64,000 bases of DNA. Origin: Octopus sinensis (Eukaryota). The position numbers and the translations under genes are program-made. Positions 1-12,565 of this stretch are shown piece after piece (the first letter of the stretch is position 1; every line of letters begins with the position of its first letter). The notes beneath the pieces were generated by a model. That model was not told the DNA's origin and made no database searches. It saw only the letters and a program-made list of their open reading frames with translations. The DNA lies in assembly GCF_006345805.1 (NCBI RefSeq), contig NC_042999.1, forward strand, positions 169,570,001 to 169,634,000. Direction: 5' to 3'.

Positions 1-684
1 ATGTCAGTAACGAAGTGAATGTGTAAAGGAGTGGGTACAACAGAGCAGATCTGAATTTTTTAACAATGGTGTAGCTGTATTGCTTGTATGGAGACTATGT
101 CGAACAGTACTTTTGTATAGAATAGTTATTCTACCAACCTGTGCAATTTGAACAACTTATGTCAGTTAATACAAGAAAACTACCTACTCTTACTTTACTT
201 TCACCCTCAAATTAACATATCTTGTGTTTTATAATTAAATCCAGTGAGGTTAACTTGGAATTTAATTCTTTTTTTTTTTTTCAGTTTAAATCCAAGTAAA
301 ACCATAATTGGTGTCATCAAATAAATTATAGCATATGAAACTGAAAACTTGATACACAATTTTACATACTTCTCCAAATACAAGAAGACATTGATTAAGT
401 ATTATAGTAAATAAAATACCTGTTTTATTTCAATGTTTACACTATATATTGAAACGTGTGAAATTTGTTATCTTATTGAGCAAGAATAACACAGAATAAA
501 GATCTTGAATATACATTTTTGGGTATACTGAGTAGACTTCTATGTTGGTATAAAAATTATTTATTAATTTTTATTAGAAAATCAGTTGTAAATTGCATTT
601 GAAAACATTAACACATCAAATTGATTAGATTTTCACAATATATGGAACAAAGTAGGTCATAAAATGAATGAAAAGAATACATAC

Positions 685-1014
685 CTCACTCACAATTGAT
701 GTGAATTCTGAATCAAATATAATTTTAGAACATTGTTCTTTCTGCAATAATGCATTGCAAGACAAGCTGAGCAGTTTGTCAGAACTGTTACTATTTTCTC
801 TTTGAGTGTTATTCCAATCAGGGGTCACTGTTGTGTTTGTCCCCTCAGAGTAGTTAGCACTAACACAATACCAATTCATCTTGGCATGTGTAAAAATGGG
901 TAAAACCATTGCCAACCCTGCTGATATTTCTAAAAGACTAACCAGTATAAACAGTCGTCTTTGATAGGGACCAAAGCCACGCAACTCTTCAAAGATTTGT
1001 TCATAACTAAACAT
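685..1014 (-). CDS. SLC22-family organic cation/anion transporter, first coding exon (110 aa; gene continues off the left edge)
   Basis: MFSYEQIFEELRGFGPYQRRLF...TM1...loop with Cys residues and N-glycosylation sequons, ending FTSIVSE, which in SLC22 proteins precedes WDLVC. Donor GAG|GTATGT at 685/684; acceptor TTTGCAG at 1037/1036 gives a 22-nt 5' UTR portion. Confidence 0.88.
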
Positions 1015-2087
1015 TTCTGGATTCTCTCTCTTTTAGCTGCAAATAGGAGAAAAATAGGCTGACAAGCATTTGATCAAACAAAAAGTGCCTCCATAACAAC
1101 TGGCTTAACCATGCAATAAACAGAAAGAAGACCTCCACAGTAATCAAGCCTGTTTGAATCTAACACATTCTAGAACAATCTCACATTTATAAATAGTTTC
1201 AATAAACCTTTGAGCATATAATTAGGTAAAAGACATATCAGTTTGCATTAAATATGATGGTTTATTTGATTTGAGAGTAATATATGTAAGACAGGTGAAA
1301 AAAGATGAAATGAGGAGAATCACCCATGCTATTTAGCGGAGGATATGGAATATGCTAATTATACTTTGGAAACCAGCAGACAAATATCTCATTTGTTATA
1401 CAACTCAATAATCACATCTTGTCAGTACTTTTTTGTACAAATGAATACTAGTTTCTATAAAGCTCAAAACGTGGTGTTATGAGATCTTCTGCTGCAGGCA
1501 GTCATGGAAAAGTAGTTTCAATGAGTCTGGGTAAACATGAACGTTTGTGTAACTACAATGTTACACATGCAAATGTCCCTGGAATATCTCTTTGAAAACA
1601 CAAACGGACCGAATAACAGTGAAAATACTAATTTTACAATAACCAATAATGTGCTTTACATAAAGCTTCAGCATGTGGTCTAGATCAGTTACTGTGGGAC
1701 ACAGGCCCTAATATTTTCTACCAATGGTGACTGCAGATCGCTGTGTCATATCCCCAAATCAGGCCTGTTTGCTTAGCTAGGATGCAATATAAACGTGAGG
1801 ATGTCTTTAGAATTGTAATTTTAAAATGATCTATTATTGAATAAAAATTGCTCTCAGTGTTAAACAGTATAATCCTTTAATATAATTAGTAACATTAATT
1901 AATATAATTAGTAACATATCCCCATCCTTCTGCTTGTCTATCTCCTCCCCATTGCTAAATTACTTTCACTCTATCTGAAATACTGCTAAGTCATTCAGTT
2001 AGCTAGATTAATCACTAACAGGTCTTTCGGCTGAATACCAAGTAGAAATGTATGTAAATTTGATTGCCCATCAATAAATTGCATAGA

Positions 2088-3037
2088 TGAGGGTGGATCA
2101 AAAAGGTCGCGGAATTTTTAAGAAATTAATTTATTTTACACAAAAAACAACATATATACATGAGCTTATTTCTCAACATAGTTGCCATTCAGGTCAATGC
2201 CCTTCTCAAGTCAATGTTTCCAGGTTTGAAGACCGTCTTTGAAGAATTCTGGAGGACGTTTTCGGAGCCAAGTAGTGGCACAGTGTTTTGCTCCTTCTAT
2301 GTCATTAAAATGGGTTCCTTTGAGGATTTCTTTGAGTTTTGGAAAAAGGAAGAAGTCTGATGGAGCTAAATCAAGACTATATGGTGGGTGAGGAAGCACT
2401 TCCCATCAAAATTCTCGAAGGACATCTTGCACAACCCTTGAAGAATGCACTGATGCATTGTCATGATGAAACAGGAGCCCACCATGAAGTTTCCCTTTCC
2501 GTTTTTTAATCAAAACGTCTTTTAGCTTCCTTAAAACCTCAGCATACTAAACTCCTGTTACTGTTCTTTGATTTTCAAGGTAATCTATCAGTATCACACC
2601 CTCTGAATCCCAGAAAACCGTGGCCATCACTTTCTGGGTCCTGAATTCATGTGGGAGCCATTGCTTTGACTGTTTTTTGGACTCAGGTAAATCCAAGTTT
2701 CATCTCAGGTGATAATTTTCGCCAGAAATTGCTCTTTGTCTGCTTCAATTTTGTTCAATAATGTTAAAGAGAGATCACTTCAAAGATTCTGTTGATCAGA
2801 CCACAATGCTTTTGGGACCCATCGTGCTGAAAGCTTGCTCAGTCCCAAATTATCATGAAGAATTGAATTTGCCAATGTCTAGGGACGTAGCTATCTGATT
2901 GACAGTTATTTACCTGATTGCAGGTAACTAAAAGCAAGGTAAACACCCAGTGAAGTTTTCTGACATGTTTTAACTTGATTAACCTTGATTATTTTACTGC
3001 TATTAAAAAATTCCACAAACATTTTGATCCATCCTCG
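2088..3037 (-). mobile_element. Internally deleted mariner (Tc1/mariner) DNA transposon
   Basis: TIRs TGAGGGTGGATCAAAAAGGTCGCGGAATTTTT and AAAAATTCCACAAACATTTTGATCCATCCTCG|TA; transposase C-terminus HPPYSLDLAPSDFFLFPKLK (ORF 2211-2399). Confidence 0.85.
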
Positions 3038-3214
3038 TATATTTTACTTATATGAATATTTCATGATTTAGGAATATCAATTTATTAAATAACGATAAAG
3101 AGGAATGTCTGTTTTATTCTATTCTTCTCTTTCACTGCAACTAATTAAATTTAGGCTGAATATTTATCATATGTGGGAAATCAACAAATATGCACCAGTT
3201 GCACGATATTGAAC

Positions 3215-3225
<11 letters not shown>

Positions 3226-3256
<31 letters not shown>

Positions 3257-3418
3257 TGTGTACAGTGCTCAGGTGCACTACAACTCATCTAAAGTGTATA
3301 TATAATCAGGTGTAGTTTCGACGGATTTCGGAAAGCATGAGGGCCTTAAAGGATGCAGTGTCATGGCAGTCAACAACTGACGCAGGCAGTTTATTCCATG
3401 CTTCAGCAACTCTGAGCA
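3226..3418 (-). mobile_element. CR1-type LINE 3' end with (TTA)n tail
   Basis: Minus frame LRVAEAWNKLPASVVDCHDTASFK...*; near-identical second copy at 14126-14275. Confidence 0.7.
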
Positions 3419-3774
3419 ATGTTAATATATAACAGAATAGTATAACAAAAATCAATATTTGGACACATTACTAATAGTCATGTGCTGTGTCTATAAAAGT
3501 TGTTTGGTTGTATGACTATATAACAGTTTGATGATGTTGCAACTATATGTTTTAGTGATGTGACTATAAAGCTGCTTGATGATGTAACAATATACTTACT
3601 TAATAGTGTGGCCTGACTATGTAGTGAAATTGTCATCACTTTAATGAGAAGTTTGTCGTGTCCCTAAAATAGTAGTCAGTCACCCTTTTAGCAGATACAT
3701 AATGAAGGCTTCATTTCCATTTTTCCAGCATTTATTAATTTCACTGACAAAGGATAAAACTTCATTCTGTAAAC

Positions 3775-4330
3775 TTAGATAAGACTTAGATATGTTTCGA
3801 CCAAAGATTGGTCCAGGCCATGTCTAACTTAATAGCACCACCTGACAGGATTATCTAAATCCTTTTTAAGTCAAGTTTTGTTTGTGGTCCATTCAAATAG
3901 TGAGTTTTTGTTGGGTGAGTTGTATCCAATTATGGGTGGCTTATCTGGTATTCCTTGAAGGAATCTATCCAGACTCCGTTTAAAGTTGATGGGATCCTAT
4001 TCCTCTTTGATCTCTTTCGGGACAATGTTAAATAGGGCAGGGCCTGTTGAGGAAAAGAAATTATGTTGCAGTGTACATGTATGCTGTGATCCTGAATTGG
4101 GCAGGGGACGTATGGCCCGTGGTCCCAGTCTTGGATGAACCTTGAAGCTAATGTTCAGGTCGTTTGGGCAAAGTTGGCGGTATATTCTCCACATCGTACA
4201 AATGATGTACCGCTCACGGCGACGCTGGAGAGAGTAGAGTTTCAAGGCTTTAAGGCCTTGATTACTTGTAGCTTTATCTTCTTACAGTAGGCAAAGTAGA
4301 TTCCTAGCAGCTCTTATTTTTAAGACGTTT
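3775..4330 (-). mobile_element. CR1/L2-clade LINE 3' fragment
   Basis: LYSLQRRRERYII...GPALFNIVPKEI (ORF 3997-4245) is a typical post-RT C-terminus; followed by a 3' UTR stem-loop ending GAAAC and a short repeated tail. Confidence 0.7.
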
Positions 4331-4410
4331 GATTTAAACTAAGAGAACTTCATGCTTGAATCAGGGGTCTATTACACTGTTAACTATTATGATGGCTCTT
4401 AAAATATCTT

Positions 4411-4614
4411 TTATCTTTAACTTATTTCAGTCACCAGACTGCGGCCATGCTGGGGCACCACCTTGAAGAATTTTTAGTTGAATGAATTGACCCCAGTAGT
4501 AATTTTTTTAAAAGCCTGATACTTATTCTATCTGTCTCTTTTGCCAAACCGCTAAGTTACAGCACCAGTTGTTAAGAAGTGATGGGGGTGGGGGACAAAC
4601 ACGGATACAAAGAT

Positions 4615-4697
<83 letters not shown>

Positions 4698-4856
4698 TAT
4701 AGCAATCAGTTTCTGTCAACCAAATCAACTCACAATGCTTTGATTGGCCTAAGGCTACAGTAGGAGACACTTGCCCAGGGTGCCACACAGTAGGACTGAA
4801 CCCAAAACCATGTGGCTAGGAAGCAAGCTCCTTACCACACAGCCACGCCTGCACCT
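4411..4856 (-). mobile_element. tRNA-headed SINE, family A (internal TA/TG microsatellite)
   Basis: Head GGxGCAGGxGTGGCTGTGTGGTAAG..GGTTCAGTCCCACTG; tail GGTGCxCCAGCATGGCCGCAGTC..TGACTGAAA. At least 10 copies in the window. Confidence 0.85.
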
Positions 4857-4905
4857 ATATTTAAAAATGTCGAGAGGAATTAAGTGTAGTCAATTAATCT
4901 TTTTG

Positions 4906-5031
4906 GTCGACTTTGCCTTTCATCCTTTCGGGGTTGATAAGTTAAGTACCAGTTACGCACTGGGGTCGATATAATCGGCTTAATCTGTTTGTCCTCTGTG
5001 TTTAGCCCCTTGTGGGTAGTAAAGAAATAGA
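4906..5031 (+). mobile_element. SINE family B, 3' half
   Basis: GGTCGACTTTGCCTTTCATCCTTTCGGGG...GTGGGTAGTAAAGAAATAG, nearly identical to the full copies at 23637 and 43331. Confidence 0.8.
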
Positions 5032-6149
5032 AATTTTGTGTGGTTAGTAATTTAGCAGCCAAATTTCTTGTCATCTTTAAAATGAGATTTATACATTTTC
5101 AATATATCAAGTATTTCAACATATTCTATAAAAATTGTGGTTTCCCCCACCCAAAACATATTAACTAGCTTTATCTTTACACAGTGTATAAAATAAGCTT
5201 GTACCAATAATATAGTGAAGTCAATTCAACAAACTATAACCTACACCTCTACAAAAAAGAAATATTCACAATGAAAACTACTCACATAAATAAATAAAAT
5301 TGAGGACATTATGGAACAGTGGTTTTTTTGTTTGGTTTTTTTGTTTGCAGGGGGGCAGGGGGGCACAAATAATAATGGTTAAATGAAAAGTTGGGACATT
5401 CATACCTGAGTCAAGGATAGTAGTGGTGAATATGAAGTGAAATGACTTCAACTGAGATTCAAAATTGCATCATGGCCTCCATATGCAAGGGACTTAACTT
5501 CCTGTGAGTTGCTGTAAAATTAAGATTATATTTTAGTATGCCAAGCCTTTTCATGTCACTTGAAAGTAGCAGTTTAGACCAAGAAAGTACTAATTAACAG
5601 TAATTATTGTCAAAAAAAAATGGAGACAAAAAACATTCAAGATCATTATTTACTTCCTAAATAATTAACATAATAAATGACTGGGGAAGAAGTTTCCTCA
5701 TAAACAAAGGATTATGAACCAAAATATGTACGTGAACAAAGGAAAAAAAAACTAACAGTTTAAGTGATGATAAGATTAAATTCTTGTTTATACAGTGAAC
5801 AGCTTTACTTAGTATTGTTATGGTAAACAGGTATATTCGTTTGTCAACAGTGGTGACTGATTAAACATATATTTACAAAATTCATTCCTGACTCTGAAAC
5901 TGCTATTGGATTGCTTAATTGAAATTCATCATCACAGCACAACTCTGTATTCTAAAATTTTTTCTTATGACAAAAATGCCTGATTAGTTCTACCATGAAT
6001 TTAATCCATACACAACCAGTAAGCAGGCTTTAATCTAAAGTCAATACACAAGCCATTCCTGAAAGTTTTCTCAATGTAGTACTTAACGGAACCTTTAAGA
6101 ACAAGCTTTAAAATAACAGTTTCTCGGGAACATATAAACATCCCCAAAG

Positions 6150-6535
6150 CACAGATGTGGTGGTGAGGTAAGAAGCTTGCTTCCCAACCACATGGTTCCG
6201 GGTTCAGTCACACTGTGTAGCACCTTGAGCAACTGTCTTCAACTACAGCCTCAGCCCAACCAAAACTTTGTGAGTGGATTTGGTTGACAGAAACTGAAAG
6301 AAGCCCATTATATGTATGTATATGTGTGTGTTTATGTTTGTCCCCTTACCATTGCTTGACAACCGGTGTTGGTGTGCTTACATCCCTGTAACTTGGCAGC
6401 TCAGCAAAAGAAACTAATAGAATAAGTACTAGGCTTTAAGGAATAAGTCCTGGGGTTGATTTCTTTGACTAAAACCTTTTAAGGCAGTACTCTAGCATGG
6501 CCACAGTCAAATGCCTGAGACAAATAAAAGAATAT
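6150..6535 (+). mobile_element. SINE family A, diverged copy
   Basis: Head, central microsatellite and tail all recognisable. Confidence 0.8.
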
Positions 6536-6641
6536 TAAAATACACACACAAGTTCTAACATATGGAAACTAAATTTTCAAAATGATTGCAATTTTGTCAT
6601 TATGAGATTTCTGCTGGTTGCATTAGTATTCAAATATTTAA

Positions 6642-6826
6642 CCCTTTAGCACACAGGTTACTGTCTTAAATTAACCATGCATTATTTCATAGCTTTGAGA
6701 TTTCAATGATGTAATTGTTTATTTGTAAAATGACACTGTGGGGTAGTTGTGAAAAACCAGATCTGACCAGTTTCAGCATAAAACAGGTTATTTGGGCCGA
6801 GTATGGCTAGTTTAAATGCTTAAATA
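6642..6826. mobile_element. piggyBac-like MITE, degraded copy
   Basis: TTAA|CCTTTAGCA left end; body homologous to 35881-36098. Confidence 0.55.
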
Positions 6827-7247
6827 TTATACAATGTAACTTGAATTTTTGCTTTTAATATGCCAAAAGACATGACCCTTATAACAGAGACAAAGACAAC
6901 AAAGTAGCTGATATAATAGGGTGTTGGGTTAATCTTTGGTTACCTCTACAGTCTAAGTTAAAAACTACTCTGGGCTCAAGTTTGCCTGTTATTTGTCTGG
7001 GGTCAATAGAATTCAAATTTCCCACTCAACCTTCTGGGATCAATAAATGAAGTACCATCCAGGGTGTTAGACAGGCAGAATTGTTAGGGCTTCAGGTGGG
7101 ATGCTTGTTACTCATTCTAACAGTTTTTGGGGGGTTTTTTGCCAAACCACCAAGTTGCAGGGATCTAAACCAACCAACACCAGCTGTAAAGCTGAGGGTG
7201 GGTGGAGGTACAACTCACAGACAAAGATATATATGTGTGTGTGTGTG

Positions 7248-7826
7248 TCTCTTACCTGTTCCAGTCATTAGACTGTGGCCATGCTGGGGCACTGCCCTCA
7301 ATTTTTAGTCAAATGAATCAACCCCAGTACTTATTTTTTTAGACTGGAATTTATTCTATTGGTTGCTTTTGCCAAACAGCTAGATTACAGGGATGTAAAC
7401 ACACCAACACCAGTTGTCAAGTCGTGATGCGAGGACAAACACAGACACACACACATTGATATATATATACATATATATATGACAGGCTTCTTTTCAGTTT
7501 CCATCTACCAAATCCACTCACAAGGCTTTGGTCGGTCCGAGGCTGTAGAAGACATTTGCTCAAGGTGCCATGCAGTGAGACTGAACCTAGAACCATGTGG
7601 TTGGGAAGCAAGCTTTTTTACACAAAGTCATGCCTATGCCTATATATATACATATATATATATATAAACACACACACACACATACAAAGGGCTTCTTTCA
7701 GTTTCTGCCTATCAAATCCATTCACAAGGCTTTGGTCAGCCCAAGGTATAGTGGAAGACACTTGCCCAAGGTATCTAGCAGTGAGACTGAACCTGGAACC
7801 ATGTGGTTGGGAAGCAAGCTTCTTAC
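7248..7826 (-). mobile_element. SINE family A copy (7248-7638) plus a second 5' half (7687-7826)
   Basis: Two head modules in tandem separated by the TA/CA microsatellite. Confidence 0.8.
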
Positions 7827-8139
7827 CACACAGCCATGCCTGCAACACACTAAATTTATAAGCAAAACTATTCACAGTTCTAAGTACAACACAAATATCT
7901 ACTCAATATCACAGACAGCCCTTCCTCTTTTCTATAATCCTTAACTTTTGTATAATTTCTTGAACTGAATAATGTTTGTACTTTGTTTTAAGTTGCACAT
8001 CCAAATCATTCCCCAAATTCACTCCATTTTTGCATATCACCTGGGATGGAATTGTGATCACTTTAAACAAATATGTTGTGTTAATTCTATGAGATCCATG
8101 AGTTTAAAAGTAATGTGATAATGTGTTCTCAACATACTA

Positions 8140-9045
8140 TGAGGTGTGTTCAAAAAGTATCCAGCTTTATTTTTTCCCTGCAAAACTAGTGCCACATGGG
8201 TGGGAGGTGACGCCACATGGGTGGGAGGTGGCGCTGCCTTTCATGCACATGTAAAATATTTTGCACTAGTGAGCCACAACAGTTCCCAGCTGTTACACCT
8301 GGAGAATAGATGTGTAGTGCACGTTCATCAGATTTTCGTTTCCACACAGGATAACCAAACAAATAGAGCAGAGACATTGCATCAAGTTTGCCAAAAAGTA
8401 GGTGAAACTCAAGCCATTCAGAAGATTCAACAGGCCCTTGGCAATGGTGCCATTAGCAAACCTCAAGTCAAGGAGTGGTACAACAGCTTCAATCATGGTT
8501 GCACCTCAGTGGAGAGCAAGGCATGCTCAGGCAGACCACTCACAAGCCAAAACAAGGAGCCATTTGAGAAGGTTTGGCAAATAGTCATGGAAGACCATTG
8601 TATAACAATCCAGGAAATTACTAATGAAGTGGGAATAAGCGAATTCGATTTTAACAGAGGAGTTGTGCGTGCGGAGAGAGTCGGCGAAAAAATAAAGTTG
8701 GATACTTTTTGAATGCACCTTGGAACTTCAGCTTTCCTGGTCAAGAGCAACAGGCTACTTGTTCAACAGGGCATTCTAGTCTCTTGGCACTCTATGACTT
8801 CTGGCTTTTCCCTAAACTGAAAATCATGCTGAAAGGGAATCGATTTGAGTTGTGAGAGGAAATTATGAGAAAAACAACAGCAGAGTTCCACAACATTCCA
8901 GAAGTGTTACCAGCATAGGCAGATCCATTGGGAGAAGTGTGAACTCCCAAGGAGAGTATTTTGAAGGAGATTAAATAAAATTTGTGAAATGTACAATTTT
9001 TTTTTTTCTTTGTATCCCCAGAGATTGGATACTTTTTGAATGTTA
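8140..9045 (+). mobile_element. Rearranged mariner transposon remnant
   Basis: TA|TGAGGTGTGTTCAAAAAGTATCC left TIR; HTH segment (QVKEWYNSF..G..SVES..SGRP); C-terminal YDFWLFPKLK..GEYFEGD segment; right TIR GGATACTTTTTGAA near 9028; extra inverted end at 8641-8720. Confidence 0.85.
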
Positions 9046-10227
9046 ACATTTTAATCTCATATTTCAAACTGGATGTTTTTTTTTATATTATCATTTCATT
9101 TGCTTATTGAATAATATTGCATTTACACCCGACAAACAGGATAGTAAAAGCATCATCATGAAGAACAACATTCAATGTCCACTGCATTAACTCTTCTACT
9201 TCATAGGATTCTTCCCTCAGACATGGCCCCTTTATCTCAATGGAGTGGCAGATTCCAGAATGTAGCTTTTTTGGTCCAGAATTGTAATGTTCTTTGCTCA
9301 TTTTTTATGTTTCCTACAGATTTTGTGGTCTAATATCATAATATCATGCCCAAAAATTTACTTTCATATATTGTTTCTTTACTGACATTAATTATCACCA
9401 CTTGTACTTTAGTGTTAATTTTACAATTTCCAAAACAACAATCTGTTTTAGATACTCTACATTTATTATTTATGTTTAAAATGAACAATTTCAGGCTTAA
9501 TACTAACCCCTAAGGTATCCACAATCAATAGCCATGCATGTTGGCTTATGTTCACCTATCTTTACAACTAGTTCCCTGTCTCATAAACAGCTTCTCAACA
9601 GATTAGGCCCAGTCTATAACACAATATCTTTCCAGTTTGTCAAGTCAGAAGCATAACCAGGTTCTGAAGTTAATGGGAGCAAGCACATAAAATATAAAGG
9701 CACCGTGACACATACCAAACAATTTTTAACTCATTTCTCTAATATTCAGCAAAATATTTCATGAATTATAATATATGTAAATGTATTCTACATTCATTTA
9801 TTTCATGTTTCAGTAGCAATATCATTTTGTATGAAATTTACAGCTACTGACATAGGTATAACATGAAAACGATGAAACTCCACGGGATCATCCAATGTCA
9901 AGAGATTATGACATCAGGGCTTGTTTTGGGTCTTCAGATGTCAGTGGCCACCAACACATCACAGAGACAGTTAAATAATATGGTTGGTTGGTCAAATAAT
10001 GACACCAGAAAGTTCTTCCAAGAGCATATGATTAACAAAATAAAAAGAAATTCAACTTTCATTGCACAAGTGAACTAGAGTTGAAAAACAATTGAAAAAT
10101 GCACTCAAGGGAACCACTCCCTTTTTCCCCTATTAGCTACACCACTGTATCATGTATTGTATTATGGTCACTGGTATTAAAAGCATTTTTTGAGATCAAT
10201 AAAAACTCCTGATACATATTTTTTCCA

Positions 10228-11348
10228 GCTCACATGGCAGAGATGTAAACAGAACCCTTCCCTACTTTAATTTTCTTTTTTTACAGAATCCTGTTTTAGT
10301 CTATGGAGATACCAATTCTGAAAAATTTTTTCAAAAATCGCAACTTCAAAATTTCAATCCACCCCATTTCTTCATTTTTCACTTTTTCTGGAAATTTTCT
10401 TTTTGCGAAATATATACAAAAATACGGAAATTATGATTCAAAAAAAAAATTGTTTGTAAAATTTCAATTTTTCAAAAAAAAAAAAAAATTACCCAACCCC
10501 CACCCCTCGTGGTTCTACGGCCTTGGCCTTCAAGCAGGCTATATACATGCTAGAAATAACAGCCAAATCTCACAAAAATCTGTCATATTACTGCAGGAAA
10601 TTACTCTGAAAGAAATCTTTGCAGAAAGGTGAGTTGATTGATTACATATTTCTTTCATTATGTCATTGCAGTTTTGTGAGATTTGGCTGTTATTTCTAGC
10701 ATATGAATAGCCTGCTTGAAGGCCAAGGCCATAGAATCGGGAGGGGAGGAGTTGGGGTATATATACTCTTTTACTTGTTTCAGTCATTTGACTGCGGCCA
10801 TGCTGGAGCACCACCTTTAGTTGAGCAAGTCAACTCCAGGACTTATTCTATCGGTCTCTTTTGCCGAACCGCTAGATTACGGGGATGTAAACACACCAGC
10901 ATCAGTTGTCAAACGACGTTGGGAGGACAAACACAGACACACATATATATACATATATATACGTATATGCGACAGGCTTCTTTCAGTTTCTGTCTACCAA
11001 ATCCACTCACAAGGCTATAGAAGACACTTTGCGCAAGGTGCCACACATTGGGACTGAACCCAGAACCATGTGGTTCGTAAGCAAGCTGCTTACCACACAG
11101 CCACTCCTCTGCCTATATATATATTTCTTTCTTTTTTTTTTTTTCTTTTTTGATAAATTGAAATTTTACAAACAATAGTTTTCAGAATCATAATCTCCAT
11201 ATTTTTGTATGTATTTTGCAAAATTAGATTTCCAGAAAAAGCAAATAATAATAAAGAAATGGGGAGAAGAATAGAAATTTTGAAGTTGCGATTCCATAAA
11301 AAATTAAAAGGGGGGGAAGGGTTCTGTTTACATCTCTGCCATGTGAGC
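10228..11348. mobile_element. Foldback/long-TIR non-autonomous element (arms about 350 bp, 94-bp spacer) interrupted by a SINE
   Basis: Terminal IR GCTCACATGGCAGAGATGTAAACAGAACCCTTCCC at both ends; inner IR GCTAGAAATAACAGCCAAATCTCACAAAA; arms diverged; no clear TSD. Confidence 0.7.
10766..11114 (-). mobile_element. SINE family A nested in the right arm of the foldback element
   Basis: Full head and tail, flanked by (TA)n on both sides. Confidence 0.85.
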
Positions 11349-11606
11349 CCTTTTTTCATCTCTATACAGTTAGTAATTATTTCAGTTATTTTAATTAGTA
11401 CCAAAGTTGATCTGTCAGTAATCTGCACTTCTCAATGAATTCGTCAAGATTTTCAGTTAAGGGTTTGTCTTTTTATTTTATTTTTATCTATTTATTTATT
11501 TATTGTACTGTTTCCCCGCTCTCCCTGCCAATATCTTAGAGAATCTGGATAGTAAGAAACAGATCTGTAATTTTTTAAATTAAGTTTATATTTAGTTTTA
11601 TATATC

Positions 11607-11750
11607 TGGCGTTAGGAAGGGCATCCAGCTGTAGAAACACTGCCAGATCAGACAGGAGCCTGGTGCAGCCTCCTGGCTTCCCAGACCCCAGTCGAACCGT
11701 CCAACCCATGCTAGCATGGAAAGCGGACGTTAAACGATGATGATGATAAT
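11607..11750 (+). mobile_element. RTE LINE 3' tail fragment with (GAT)n
   Basis: AGGAAGGGCATCCAGCTGTAGAAAC...CCCATGCTAGCATGGAAAGCGGACGTTAAACGATGATGAT; the same tail is attached to an RTE ORF end at 27264-28120. Confidence 0.8.
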
Positions 11751-11883
11751 GGTATAACTTCTGCAATTTTCATTTTACTTGGGGCTGCAGTAGTTAAAAA
11801 GGATAAATTACAAATGGAAATTTGAGGTTTGGAAATCCTTTCAATGACTCCCTTGACTATTCTTTAGAATGGTTTATCTTTCA

Positions 11884-12398
11884 CTAGCAGTATCGCCCGG
11901 CGTTGCTCGGGTTTGTAAGGGAAATAACTATATAAGCATTTTTAGAGAGTTACTTCCCTTATAGATGCCAATTCGGGCTTTTTTAGCCATTTCTGTTTTG
12001 GTGTCTTCAAGCCATGAAGTCATTGTTCTAAAAGAACGCTGGTCTCCTTGACAACGCATTACGACGTTGATTTCCTTACACTCCCTTCCCCACAGCTTCA
12101 CGAGGGAGGGAAGAAGGGGGAGAAGCAAACACAGGTGCAGGTGTGACCATGGACGCCAACTCCGCCGCCATCGACACACGAAAAATTATGCATTAAAATG
12201 GAATAAAAAATGATGATAAATTATTTTTAAAATCGTAGACTCATCGTAGACGCGCGCTAATAGCCAGACGGGCTTGATATTAATCACGACTATAAGATAC
12301 CCGAATTTGGTTAAACTGCACCGCAAAATGTGGGAGTAGTTAGGAATCTAAATCGAAGGGGACAGACACTCACACAACTACAGTTTTATATATATAGA
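11884..12398 (-). mobile_element. Non-autonomous Helitron (515 bp)
   Basis: Minus strand A|TCTATATATATAAAA ... CCCGAGCAACGCCGGG hairpin 12 nt before CTAG|T; A^T target, no TSD. Confidence 0.85.
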
Positions 12399-12565
12399 TT
12401 TGCTAATAATGTCGGATTTCTTTTTCTTCAACTGTTTTATAAAAAACTGAACTCAAATTTCTATCCCCAATATGATAATCCCTTGAATGGTTATTTCTTG
12501 GCCATTCATTTTTTTTTCTGCCACTTTTGGTTCCATACATTGGATAAAACTCCTTCCCAAATCAT

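Noticed and set aside
625-684. C-terminal 19 aa of the listed 129-aa ORF
   Set aside because: Intronic read-through past the GTATGT donor; SLC22 homology stops at SIVSE.
9100-10080. Possible piggyBac transposase remnants (ORFs 9104-9301 and 9863-10078)
   Set aside because: Only faint resemblance to a C-terminal Cys-rich motif; too degraded to support without a profile search.
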